Assembly (NCBI RefSeq): GCF_032062105.1
Contig: NW_026920225.1
Location: 1-64,000, forward strand
Direction: 5' to 3'
From: Saccostrea cucullata
Taxonomy: Eukaryota
DNA: 64,000 nt
Shown here in pieces: positions 51,831 to 64,000 of this stretch. The notes beneath the pieces were generated by a model. That model had not been told where the DNA came from, made no database searches, and saw only the letters and a program-made list of their open reading frames with translations. Both the position numbers and the translations under genes were made by a program. How positions within the stretch are numbered: position 1 is the first letter of the stretch; every line of letters begins with the position of its first letter.

Positions 51831-53448
51831 TGACCAAACTTGGTACAAAGCATCCTTGGGTGAAGGGGAATTTAAATTGTTAAAATGAAGGGACATATCC
51901 CCTCGCAAGGGGAGATAATCAAGGAAAGACAAAAATAGGGTGGGGTCATTAAAAAATCTTCTTCTCAAGAACCACTGGGCCAGAAAAGCTGAAACTTATG
52001 TGGAAACATCCTGGGGTAGTGTAGATTCTAAATTGTTCAAATCATAACCCCCGGGGATTGGGTGGGGCCACAATGGGGAATCAAATTTTTACATAGAAAT
52101 ATATAGGAAAAAATCTTTGAAAATCTTCTTCTCAAGAACCACTGTGCCTGAAAAGCTGAAACTTATGTGGAAACATCCTGGGGTAGTGTAGATTCTAAAT
52201 TGTTCAAATCATAACCCCCGGGGATTGGGCGGGGCCACAATGGGGAATCAAAGTTTAACATAGAAATATATAGGAAAAATCTTTGAAAATCTTCTTCTCA
52301 AGAACCACTGTGCCAGAAAAGCTGAAACTTATGTGGAAGCATCCTGGGATAGTGTCAATTCTAAATTGTTCAAATCATAACCCCCGGGGATTGGGCAGGG
52401 CCACAATGGGGAATCAAAGTTTTACATAGAAATATATAGGAAAAATCTTTGAAAATCTTCTTCTCAAGAACCACTGGGCCAGAAAAGCTGAAACTTATGT
52501 GGAAGCATCCTGGGGTAGTGTAGATTCTAAATTGTTCAAATCATAACCCCCGGGGATTGGGCGGGGCCACACTGGGGAATCAAAGTTTTACATAGAAATA
52601 TATAGGAAAAATCTTTGAAAATCTTTTTCTCAAGAACCACTGTGCCTGAAAAGCTGAAACTTATGTGGAAACATCCTGGGGTAGAGTAGATTTTAAATTG
52701 TTCAAATCATGACCCCCGGGGATTGGGCGGGGCCACAATGGGGAATCAAAGTTTTACATAGAAATATATAGGAAAAATCTTTGAAAATCTACTTCTCAAG
52801 TACCACTGTGCCTGAAAAGCTGAAACTTATGTGGAAACATCCTGGGGTAGTGTAGATTCTAAATTGTTCAAATCATAACCCCCGGGGTTTGGGCGAGGCC
52901 ACAATGGGGAATCAAAGTTTTACATAGAAATATATAGGAAAAATCTTTGAAAATCTTCTTCTAAAGAACCACTGTGCCAGAAAAGCTGAAACTTGTGTGG
53001 AAGCATCCTGGGATAGTGAAGATTTTAAATTATACAAATCATGACCCCCGGGGGTTTGGCGGGGCCACAGTGGGGAATCAAAGTTTTACATAGAAATAGA
53101 TAGGAAACATCTTTGAAAATCTTCTTCTCAAGTACCACTGTGCCAGAAAAGCTGAAACTTATGTGGAAGCATCCTGGGATAGTGAAGATTTTAAATTATA
53201 CAAATCATGACCCCCGGGGATTGGGCGGGGCCACAATGGGGAATCAAAGTTTTACATAGAAATATATAGGAAAAATCTTTGAAAATCTTTTTCTTAATAG
53301 CAACTGGGCCAGAAAAGCTGAAACTTATATGGAAGCATCCTGGGGTAGTGTAGATTTCAAATTGTCTAAATTATGATCAGTGGGGTAGGGTGGGGTCACA
53401 ATATGTATTACAAGGGGTAAATCTAGTAAAGGACAGAATTGTCAAAGC

Positions 53449-53485
<37 letters not shown>
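51690..53485 (+). mobile_element. HINE carrying ~9 x 166-bp Cg170/HindIII-type units
   Basis: TTTTAGCTCACCTGAGCC start, GTCC microsatellite, 166-bp array and ggcccatgggcctcttgtt end. Inverted, highly similar relative of 1588-2882. Confidence 0.92.
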
Positions 53486-53487
<2 letters not shown>

Positions 53488-54889
53488 TCAGTTGTTTTCT
53501 GACCACCACCCTTACCCCACCCCACCCCTTGTGCCTAATAACCATTTTGACTAATTAAGCAAGCCTTTTCTTTTCGGGAAAAGTGTGTGTGTCAATGATA
53601 AATACGTGATGTATAGTTTCCATGATAAAAATGAGACATGATTTGTCAATAAATTAAGTATCCGTGTTAGTAAGAAAACTAGTTTTTGAATTCCGCGTTC
53701 AGTTGAGATTTTCATGGGCTCTGTATGTAAAGTAAAAGTAAAAAAAAAAGAGAGAAAGAAAAGAAAGTGAAGACTTACCTGAAAAACTTTAACATAAGGC
53801 AAAAATAAAGGGGGCGATGTCCAAACTTGACAAGTTTTTTTTTCTTCAATAGAAAAAGGTTATGGGGAGCGCCCCCTTACGACCCCCCCCCCCAATAAAA
53901 TAAAGGACGTGCGTGTTTTAATTTAATCAGTCGGAGATTACTCAAATTTTGAAATAAAGTGTCCTCTTATGTTCAAAAAGCATTAAGAATATACGCATAT
54001 TAAATAATTACTGTATTTTTTCTAGCTTTGTGGTGGATTTTCAGAGATGAAATAATAAGAATAAATGCTGCATCATATATTGCATAAAAGATTTCGCTCT
54101 ATCAAATCCCCCCCCCCCTCTCTCCCTCTCTCAAGTCCTACTTTTGCACCCAATTAAATAATAATCCATGTCTAAAATGTTAATGTTTCTATTTTAACTC
54201 CAAATTCCAATGCTTCAATTAATATTAGAATAAAAAAAAAATTAAATATTGACCGAAAAGCAATATTGAAGCCCAGTAATAAACCTTGAAAATCTTTTTT
54301 TTTTTTTTTTACTGTCGACTGAGACCTTGATAAAATGATTCATAATTGGACATTCCATAGAAATGTCTAATAAGCCTAATTTACCTGAATGATACCTGTC
54401 TGATACCTGAAGGGTGACGTCACGGACAGCTAGGTGGCGCTGCAATTTAAGCGTTGGGATATTTTGATAACCGACATGATCTGAAATACGACTGTTTACA
54501 CGGACCAGGAAAAGAACCGATGGTAAGTTTGACGAATTTTATTAAAAAAGGAAAAAGCAAATGCGTTCAAAGGACTCAAGCCTTCTGAACTGCCAAAAGA
54601 ATTTCGTAATTTACCTGTGCACGTTGTTACACCTGAAAACCGATTTCCGCATTGCAGCACTATCAAAACAATTGCTGTGTATTTGAGTTTGGGGGGCTTA
54701 GGGTGTGGCATTTATGACATATCTGTTACTTTGCCCGAGTACTCCTCAATTACTCTGCGAAACAAAGGGCAATGACGGAAAAAACGAGAAAATTTGTAGA
54801 GAAAACTCTTCATCAAGGGAGGATACTCCAGCTAATTTCAAAAAATAAATATGGAAAGTTTATTTACATTCTTTTCTTTGGGTGTATAG

Positions 54890-55465
54890 TATAGAATAGA
54901 ATAGAATAGATTTATTCCAGATCAGGGCCCTTGTGGGCATATTACATACATGATTATTGAACAGAGCATATAATAGTTATTAATAAGATGTGATGTGTTC
55001 TTAGTACATGTATATACTTAATAATTTACACATGGTTCATAAATGAAATAATTGCTAACATGTGAACTTTAAATACATATTGTAATTAAAAATATATAAA
55101 GAAGTACCACCGTGTACCATAATGCAAAAAAGCCAGAGATATACATACACAGAAATGAAAAATATATATATATATATATATATATTTTTTTTATACATAC
55201 CAACACATACATACATACACGTATATATACATGTCCACACACATACATACTGAGTAGCTATATTCCACTAAATTGCAAAAGATACCACGGGACAGTGCAT
55301 TGGTACTTTATAATTCACCATGTTTTGTTTGCATATCTTATGAACAAGTAATATTTATTGTGTTTGAAGTATACAAATTTTTTTTTTTTTAATTTCTTAA
55401 TACATGTAGAAGACACACTTTATTGCACCCTTGATAAATTCACAAGAACTTCACTATAGATTCTT

Positions 55466-55513
<48 letters not shown>

Positions 55514-56893
55514 ACATACAGTGTTTACATGCACCTATTATTATTATAAAGAGAAATACCACATTATATGCATCAGTATTTTATATGGCTTGTCTAACCA
55601 GTTCACAAACAGCTGAAAGTACTTCAATATTTTCACAATTTAGAACCCATAACAACTTATTTTCATTATTTAAATGAGAAAAATTGATACAGTGTCTTTG
55701 TATAACATTAATCATATTCTCTCGTTCTGTAACAAAACTCAAACATTCAAAAAGTGTGTGTTTTTCATCTTCAATAACATTCATTGAGCATTTAGTACAA
55801 AGTCTCTGATCTCTAGGAATGCCAAAGTACCGGCCTCTTTCAATTTGTAAATTGTGAGAAGATGTACGCAACCTACATATTAATTTTCTTTGTTCAAATG
55901 GCAGGCATAGTAAGTATTTTTCAAGTCCAAAATTTGTTTTAATCTTAACATAAGTATCCAGTTTACCTTCTTGTAACAATCTAATCAAGTTCCACTCATT
56001 CATGTAGTATGAAATTAAATGTTTTTTGCATTTTATCTTGAAAGTTTGCAATTTGTTAGACAAAATATCCTTATTAAAGTTTATCATTTCTGCAATTTTA
56101 CTATATGTTCCATACCAAGATGGTATACTGTTACTCCAATTAATCTTACTTTGAGAATATGCTGCTCTCAATAATGGGAATGACATATCTAGACATTCTA
56201 ATCTATGGACATAATTCAAAATACTTTTTATAATATCAAAATGAAGGGGGAGCCTACCAAGCTCAGATAATGAGGAGAAGTTTGCACTTTTCCTATGCAG
56301 TCCCAATATATTCTTACAAAATTTTAAGTGTAGATTCTCGCACTTCAACTTACTAAAAATATCATATACAGAGAGTTTGGAGGTTTTACGAAAAATACTT
56401 GGTCGATTAATGTTCCCCCATATTTCACATCCATAAAGCAAGATGGGTTTTATTGTATGATCAAATACATGTAGGGATGTTTTAACACTTGGCTTCAAAG
56501 ACAAAAATTCTTTTTGCAGTTTATAAAATGCCTTTAGAGCTTTTTTATACAGGTCTTCCTGAGCATATGAGAAGGTTCCAGAGGCACTAAAGAGTACCCC
56601 TAGATATCTATAAGAAGACACAGATTCCAAAACCTGGTCAAACAGCTTAAATTCATTTTTTATCAAACGACCCGCTTTATTAAATATCAGAATTTTGGTT
56701 TTTGTTACATTCACTTCCAGACACCAATCATTACAAAATGACTGTAATTTATGCAATTTAGATTGAAGACCTACTGCTGTCTGAGATAACAATATCACAT
56801 CATCAGCATACATAAGACAGTTAATTACCTTATCATTAAGTAAGATGGGATTAGGGGTGTCTTGAAGATACTCAGGTAAATCATTGATAAAAT
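54890..56893 (-). mobile_element. 5'-truncated non-LTR retrotransposon (CR1/L2/Daphne-like) with RT C-terminal ORF 55581-56813
   Basis: INDLP...CLMYADDVILL RT motif, YRYLG, and C-terminal IERGRY...C..C...EDEKH..F.C. The 3' end has a GCCC...GGGC stem-loop, AATAAA and a (TTCTA)n tail at 54891-54916. Confidence 0.9.
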
Positions 56894-58045
56894 AAAAGAT
56901 GTTTTTATGGTTTTTAAAAATGACCTATTAATTTTGAAGTAAAATTACAATAATGCAAAAATTGACAATTAACCTAGCTGTAGCTTTCATCAAAGATGTA
57001 TACAGTACCTTAATTCAGAATTTAAAAAAAAGTTTTTGACAATATGTGTGACAAAATGCTCTGTCTTGTGTGTCCATTTTATCACAGAGAGGAGGGCAGG
57101 TCTCACTGAAGTCACGATTTCCTTAATGTACATATGTACATGCAGCCATGCAGTAAAAGTTTGAGGTGACCATTTGCAGAGATATGGTCTACAGTCATTT
57201 AGGGTATTTCGGGTCACTTTTTACATTTCTACTGCAATTAATTAAACAAACAAGATTATTAATGGTTCCTGGGCATTATTAAGAAGTTTATTGTTTGATT
57301 GAAAAGACTTACGAACCAAACTGCGATTATCTTTGATAAAACGACCGCAGTGGTCAGCTTCATCTAGACCTCCAATTTAAGGAATTGCGGGTCACTTCCG
57401 GTTATTTCGAGTCACTTTATAAACGTGTGCAAAACAAAACAAAAATTACATTTAATGTTGTTTTATGACCAAAATTAGTTAGTTGTGCTAATATCCAATT
57501 GTTATTTCAGCAGAAACGATTTTTTGTGGGGAAAATCGCTCACGGTGAAAGCTGATATCAACACGCTATATTGACCGTGTGTAATGTGGGGCGGATCTAG
57601 CTTGAAGACCATGAAATTATGACCTTTAGATTGTTAAATTCTCTAGTAACATTCAGAGACAAACATTTTATGTCATTATTTATTTGAATAAAATGACTTT
57701 TTAACAAAGAAAAAAAAGTAACAATGGAAACACCTGGTTTTAAATAACGGGAAAATGACTAGGAATTTAAACATGGTAAGGAAAAGGCTATAAAAAAATT
57801 ATACAGTAACAAAAAAAAAGTTAATTCGTCCTACTTGGACTCATATAAAATATAAACATATAAAAAAATCTATAGATCTACAAAATAAACATAATAATAA
57901 TTTAGTACTTGATACTACAATATAAAACACCCCCTCACTTTCTAGTGGAAATGTGCATCTCTGTCTCTCTCTGCAAAATCTTTGGCAAATTTATGTGCAT
58001 CCTTTCTCTCTCTCTCTCTCTCATTGCAGTCTTTGGCAAATTCAT

Positions 58046-58092
<47 letters not shown>

Positions 58093-58242
58093 GCAAATTC
58101 TATGGTAAATTTATGTGCATCTTAAAATGATATAAAGTATGTCAAACTTAGTATGTAAACTTTTATATTAAAAAAAAAAAACAACTTCACATTCTATGAA
58201 ATGAACTTTGATACAAAGAATCATATGTGATGCATGTACACT

Positions 58243-58737
58243 TTATGATAAGGAGACATCAATGACCGACTTTTCAGGCATATTTTCAATATGCTGCTCT
58301 ATAACAGTCAATGCTGCATGGAAGTTTTTGGGACACGCTTTGTATTGGCAGGGTATAACAACACCTCCTCCTTTTTCCAGCACATGGGGCCAGGGTGGAA
58401 AACTTGGCAATGGTTCACCAGTAACGATTGCAGTTATTACACCTCCAGCATTCATCACATACCTAAAGGCACTCGCCAAACCTCTCGGAACATGACCACA
58501 AGGAAGACCTGCTATGTCACTTAATTTCAGGCCTCTCTTTTCATCACTCACTGAATTCTCCAGGTTCTCTGGAACATTTTCTGGCACCCAGACTACACAT
58601 GCATCTATATCATGAATATTTGAATATTCTCTGTCGACCTGAAGTTCCAAATCACTTGTCACAAGTGGCTTTACTTTATACTCATGATAGCCCTTAATTA
58701 CACAGTTTTTGATATAAATTATCTCCTTGTTGGGTTC
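58243..58737 (-). CDS. HIRAN-like domain exon carried by the transposon
   Basis: Acceptor ttttcttacag|, then 164 open codons: NCVIKGYHEY...VDREYSNIHDIDACVVW...CGHVPRGLASAF...GGVITAIVTGEP. This matches the HIRAN pattern RE..N..D..A..V...GYVP. Confidence 0.65.
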   Translation of the reverse strand, partial: EPNKEIIYIKNCVIKGYHEYKVKPLVTSDLELQVDREYSNIHDIDACVVWVPENVPENLENSVSDEKRGLKLSDIAGLPCGHVPRGLASAFRYVMNAGGVITAIVTGEPLPSFPPWPHVLEKGGGVVIPCQYKACPKNFHAALTVIEQHIENMPEKSVIDVSLS

Positions 58738-59053
58738 CTGTAAGAAAAAAAAAATACAGTCAATGACATACAGATTTATAAGAAAAAGAATATTCTTAAC
58801 GCATCTAATAACTCCCCACCCATCTTTTAGATCATATTCTGATTTTGATTTAACATTGTATCAAATTTTTATATAAAACATACTTTGCATTATAAATCAT
58901 GTCATGCACTATGCAGAGAATATTCAAATATATAATTATGTGTTGCTTGGAAAAAATTTCAGATTATAAACTTAAAAAAAAAATAGATATTGTTATACAA
59001 GAGGAGGTTGGCAACAAGCAGGTAAATATTTACACTACAAATTCATATGATAT

Positions 59054-59263
59054 CTATGAAATAGATGTGCAGAGCTGGCATATGAATTCAACAGATTCTT
59101 CAACAGCTGCATCTTTGTCCCATGGATGCGCAGCTGGAATACACAAGATATGTTCCCATTTGCGGCACAAATGGTGTCCAGATTTCCTTCCTCTTTTTAG
59201 TTCTTCCCATTCTTCTGAAAATAAGCAATGTGTATGTAGGGGCCTAGTATGTTTATTCACCAC
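59054..59263 (-). pseudogene. PHD-finger-like C-terminal coding remnant inside the transposon
   Basis: HLCRKWEHILC...EFICQLC-stop matches the C..W.H..C...F.C..C pattern. Confidence 0.5.
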
Positions 59264-60605
59264 TTGTCTACATGTACATTCATGAAATCATCTGGAGTTT
59301 TAATAAAGTCATTGAAAAAAAAAACAAGAAAAATTGTTGCAATAAAGGAAGGGGCGCCCGAATGAATCCGCCACTGGAAGCATTCACCACTACTGTAAAT
59401 GTACAATATTTTTGCACAACACTTTACCACATAACGGCACGAATCTAGGTCATAGCAACTTTATTTCACACATACAAAAAAAAATGGATTTTTCTTTTTA
59501 ACAAAATGATTATTTTTATAATGTTTAATTTAGTATAACAAATTTTCTACATAAAGAAAAGCTATAATCATGATAATATTGAAAAAGCACAATGTAAACA
59601 TTGACATGTGACGTACCAAAACACGAAGCTGTAGAAACACACGTGACCCGAAATACACTAAACCGAAGGGGGTTAGGAATACACCACTACCTCAATAGAT
59701 TTTATTGCAACCAGAATTTGTTTAGTTGCATTAGAAAGCGTATAAATTTTCCTTTCCAGTAGTATATAACATGTATTGTTTTATCAGACTTAAACTTCAC
59801 ATCATCGAAGAAAAAAAGATGTCTCCTTTTTTGACATGCAAAATTCTCTGATCGTGAAACATACGCCAATTAATCAACGTATTATTTAAGACATCTATTT
59901 TCAATATTTTCCTTTGTAACTGTGTGAATGCATATAACATACCTTGCTGGACGTGACTGCAATAGCTTCTTGTTTTTCTTTTACGTTTTGTGCGAACTGT
60001 GTCAAGAAAACCCCGATGACTCCCGAAAATCGGGGTGACCCGAAATACCCTAAATGACTGTAGGCCATTGGAATATGGGGTTGCTTTAGGTATAATGCTA
60101 TCACAATCTTCCTTTAAAGATTAACTCTTGTGAAAGAATTCTTAATTCATTTGTTGAAAGCACAGTGCTAGATATCATTTATTTGAAAAATGGTTAGAAA
60201 ATAAAATTTCAAAGATGGCAGGGTGCACCAGAGGTAAAAAATGGTAAAAACAATTCTGGCAGTTAGGGGACAAGTCAACCCTATAAGACCTAGTCTGGCC
60301 CCCTTCCCACCTCCCACCCACCCCCTCTTGCAAATAAAGTTGAAATAGCTTTGATTCTGCAGGCAGAAAAATTGAAAAATCAAAATTTAAATATAAAGCC
60401 GTCAATCAAAAACAAATTTATTTACATGTATATTATGCTGGTGTAAGGTAATTTATGCTATGATAGTGGAAAATACTAAATGTAAACTTTTGATCATGTT
60501 CCAATATTCTAGACAACTAGCTAATTTAAAACTTGTTACGAAGGTTAGCTATTGTAAAAATCAATGTACTGAGGTTTATATGTATTTTATTTTGACATTT
60601 CAGAA

Positions 60606-61164
60606 ATGGGAGACAACAGAAGAATTGCGCAGGTCCGCACGGCTCGTTCTGTCATCTGCAGAGTCCTTCTCCTTGATGGAAAACTATTCGAAATAGATGT
60701 TGATGTAAGTATAGTAAAATATAAATAAATATGTAAGGGTATTACTGTGTAGTAAAGTATAAAATATGTACTAAAGTTGCAAGGAGCAAAGTAAACAAAA
60801 TATATTAGAAGCTTGTCATGTGAATTAAATTCTTAAATGCCATGGAACATTTTTCATTGTTGTCAGTTGCAGTTGTGCTTTAAACCTACACGGCACCCCT
60901 ACCTTTCCTTGCTGCACCCAGAGGCAGTTGAGTTTAATAAACTAAGGAGGAAATACTTCTGTAAAATGATTAATATTACCATTGCTTAACTGTTATTGTT
61001 TTCCTCTTTTGTGTTTGGATGGGAAAAACTCAAAGTAAATTGTCTTTATTCCACAGAAACGTGCAGTCGGTCAGATTCTTTTCGACAAAGTATGTGAACA
61101 CTTGGATCTTGTGGAGAAGGACTATTTCGGACTTTCCTTCACCGGACTTCACACCGGACTCAGG
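60606..61164 (+). CDS. Band 4.1-like FERM domain protein, first coding exons (continues past window end)
   Basis: Exons 60606-60704 (MGDNRR...[16 protein letters not shown]) and 61057-61164 ([28 protein letters not shown]...), GT-AG, phase 0. Classic FERM-N signature. Confidence 0.9.
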
Positions 61165-61889
61165 GTAAGTTACCATGGTTACCAAACAGGTGCCCTTTCC
61201 CCACCCACCCCCTGAGGAAGTAAAAATGATAGAGGTCTACAGGCTGTGACAGTCAGATTTTATACATACCACTCAACATATACTACCTGACATAATATAT
61301 CCCAAAGTTGTTAAATATAAAATTGATGAAAAACTCTGAATTTTTTAAAATTGACAAAATCAGTAGACTCACTTATTTCATGGATTTTATGGCCCTCAGT
61401 GCCATGTTGCTGTTTATTAATCAGAGAACAAGAAGATACATCCTGGTTGTTTTGATAAAGAACAAAGTATAGCCCTAAGGTGTGCAAGGATGAGGCATTA
61501 GGAATCTGAGAAAGCACACAGATCAGGCATGAAAGAAGGAAAGTCGATAGATGAATATGGTAGCATTGTTGTTAATATGATGGCCATCATGCATTCAGAG
61601 ATTTTTAATATAATTCCATCTTCCAGAACTAAGGAAAAAGGGTGAAAAGAAGTCATGTCATTGAACCTGTATATATTTAGCATAGTTGCAAATATTGCCA
61701 CATTTATTTTCCACATTTAAGTAATGTACAAAAAAAATTTTGGATAATTAATAGCTAATTAGTGTTCAATGTGCAGCTTACTAAGGGCTCGTGTTAGGTG
61801 TGACCGGTTAACAAGGGATGCTTACTCCTCCGAGGCACCTGATCAAATTTCATCAGGGGTCCGAGTTTTATACTTTTTTCACAGATTTG

Positions 61890-63672
61890 TATTGTTTACA
61901 GATTTTTTGAGATCAATCGCTGTTCATTTTCTGCAAACTTTTTCAATGAGATAAAATTCTGACATTCTTCAGTTGTCCCCTATTATTGTCTTAGAATTGT
62001 AATAAATTTTGACAGATGTGTTTGTATAAGAAATGAAAAGAATTATATCCAGTCTATTTGAATAAAGAATAATTTATAGCAGTAAATGAAGACATGAATT
62101 GAAGAAACTCTGTGTCTCATTTGACCTACAAACATGAAGGTCATTGACACTTAAGTTATATGTAATGCGTGCTACATGTATACACAGAAAGCATCGTTTC
62201 CAGAGCATTTGATATTATTAATTGTTAGTCGATCTCGTATTTTTTGTAATCTCAGCTTTGCTTAAGACTTTCAGCAATTAATAAAAATGTAAATATGATG
62301 TTTTTAAATGAATTTTAGTCATTGTTCTTTGATGAACTACACAACTCTTTGTAAACAACTTCTTAAAAGTAATTTGGTAATAATAATATGTACATGTATT
62401 ATTGTTTTTTGTAAGGTTTTAGTGATGATTTGATGAACTGTTAAGTATTAATTTCAAAGCACACATGATTTGATATAGAATAATTTGTTGGTTTAATGTC
62501 AAGGGAAAAAATGAAATAAAATCCTAATTCTTTTGAATAGTTTTACAATTTATCATGTTGATTTAATGACAAGACAAGATATGAAATAAAATACTAATTT
62601 TTAAAAATAGTTTTATAATTTATCAAAAATTGAGGAAAAGAAAAGATATCTATTTTGGTGACTTTATCAGACTATTCATGTCTTCTGTATCGCCTTGTAG
62701 GTAACAATTGTTTACAGATTTTTTGAGATCAATCACTGTTCATTTTCTTCCAGCTTTTTTCAATGAGATAAAATTCTGACATTCTTTACTTGTCACCCTA
62801 TTATTGTCTTATATTTGTAATAAATTTTGACAGATGTGTTTGTAAAAGATGAAAAATTATTAGTCTATTGGAAAAAAAATAATATTATAGCATTAAATGA
62901 AGTCATGAATTGAAGAAACTTGTGTCTCATTTGACCTACAAACGTGAAGGTCATTGACACCCCATGTTCAATGTGACTTGATTATTCCCACTTACTGACA
63001 GTTAAATAAGTATCCTAGTATTGGGAATATATACTTATAATTTGATTGTGTTTAGCATTTCCATATTTCTCATGTCATACAAACAGGGTGGGCATTTAAA
63101 TTGATTGAACTGTAAGTTTTCACAATAAATTTCCCACGATTTTGTGATGAAATTTGTTCGTACACCTTGCATCATAAACATTAACGTGAGAATTCCTAAG
63201 ATGTGAATTGTGTATTGCCTGTATATATACTCAGGTGTTTATTTAATATACATATACAGATTTTAATGAAATTTGATGGACTGTTAAGTACCTGCAACAT
63301 TTGAGAGAACAGACTAAGAAATAGGGGTGGAGAGGAAAGAGAGATGGAAAAACATACTGAGTTTATTTTAATTCGTTGAATAGGCAGTTATCATCATGCA
63401 TTATTTCATTTGATTTAAGGAAGAAAAAAATTGACATGTCTAGGTAGATTGTATATATGCATAGATATATGTGCAACACACTATATTTATTTTGTGATAA
63501 AAAAATTTGTGAACAAAAATAGATAAAAGGATCTAGCTAGCAAAAGTACTGTGGCGATAACGAAAAAGAAAACTGCTGTATTTATTTGAATTGAGAAAAA
63601 GAAAAGATATCTATTTTTTGTAACCTTATCATGTCTTTATGTCTTCTGTCTTCCTTGTCCAGGTAACGATTA
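61890..63672. repeat. Diverged intronic tandem duplication (~0.8-0.95 kb period)
   Basis: 61892-62150 resembles 62708-62960, and 62640-62708 resembles 63600-63670. Confidence 0.75.
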
Positions 63673-64000
63673 TTGATTTGGGTGACATACCTGTACATTT
63701 ACTTGTGTCAGATGTACCTTTAAATCTTGACTGATTGGGGTCTAGGTATGCACGTATTGCAAGCATCGATCACACTATTGATTTTTTTGTAAAAATGAGT
63801 AAAATTAGCCTTGGAAAAAAGTGCTGGAAGAAAAATTGTATGTCATGTACAGTGTAAACAAATCAAAAATGAAATATGTACACAAACCTCATTAAGTACT
63901 GGTAAACATTATTATTTGAGCATTTTGGATTTTTGTTCTTTTTCCTATTTATGGTTTATTGTTATGCTTTACTGGTAAAAACTGGAGCATTCTTTTTTTG

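Larger units (their letters stand above)
57192..60060 (-). mobile_element. TA-flanked DNA transposon derivative with perfect 26-bp TIRs
   Basis: TA-cagtcatttagggtatttcgggtcac ... gtgacccgaaataccctaaatgactg-TA, with inner copies of the motif at ~57403 and ~59643. Confidence 0.9.

Overview
AT-rich, intron-rich eukaryotic DNA, almost certainly from an oyster (Ostreidae). The taxon is inferred from 166-bp Cg170/HindIII-type satellite arrays carried in non-autonomous Helentron (HINE) elements. Host genes were reconstructed by hand from splice signals: the 5' part of an SLC22-type transporter (-), carrying a 1-nt frameshift; a secreted Gly/Met-rich 199-aa protein (-); a 66-aa signal-peptide plus GPI-signal micro-protein (+), absent from the ORF track and built like CD24/CD52, whose splice donor has been amplified into a minisatellite; an ARL14EP-like gene (-); an ankyrin/SOCS-box gene (+); and the start of a band 4.1-type FERM gene (+). 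Mobile DNA is dense and nested. It includes an apparently intact 6.9-kb MULE/Phantom-like transposon (10 exons, PHD + FLYWCH + DDE, perfect 9-bp TSD), a TA-flanked TIR element carrying HIRAN-like and PHD remnants, a 5'-truncated LINE, SINEs, several HINE families (one set showing a mappable unequal crossover), long-TIR CAC...GTG elements, and many MITEs and palindromes. There is one 140-N assembly gap. All gene models are manual and lack transcript evidence.
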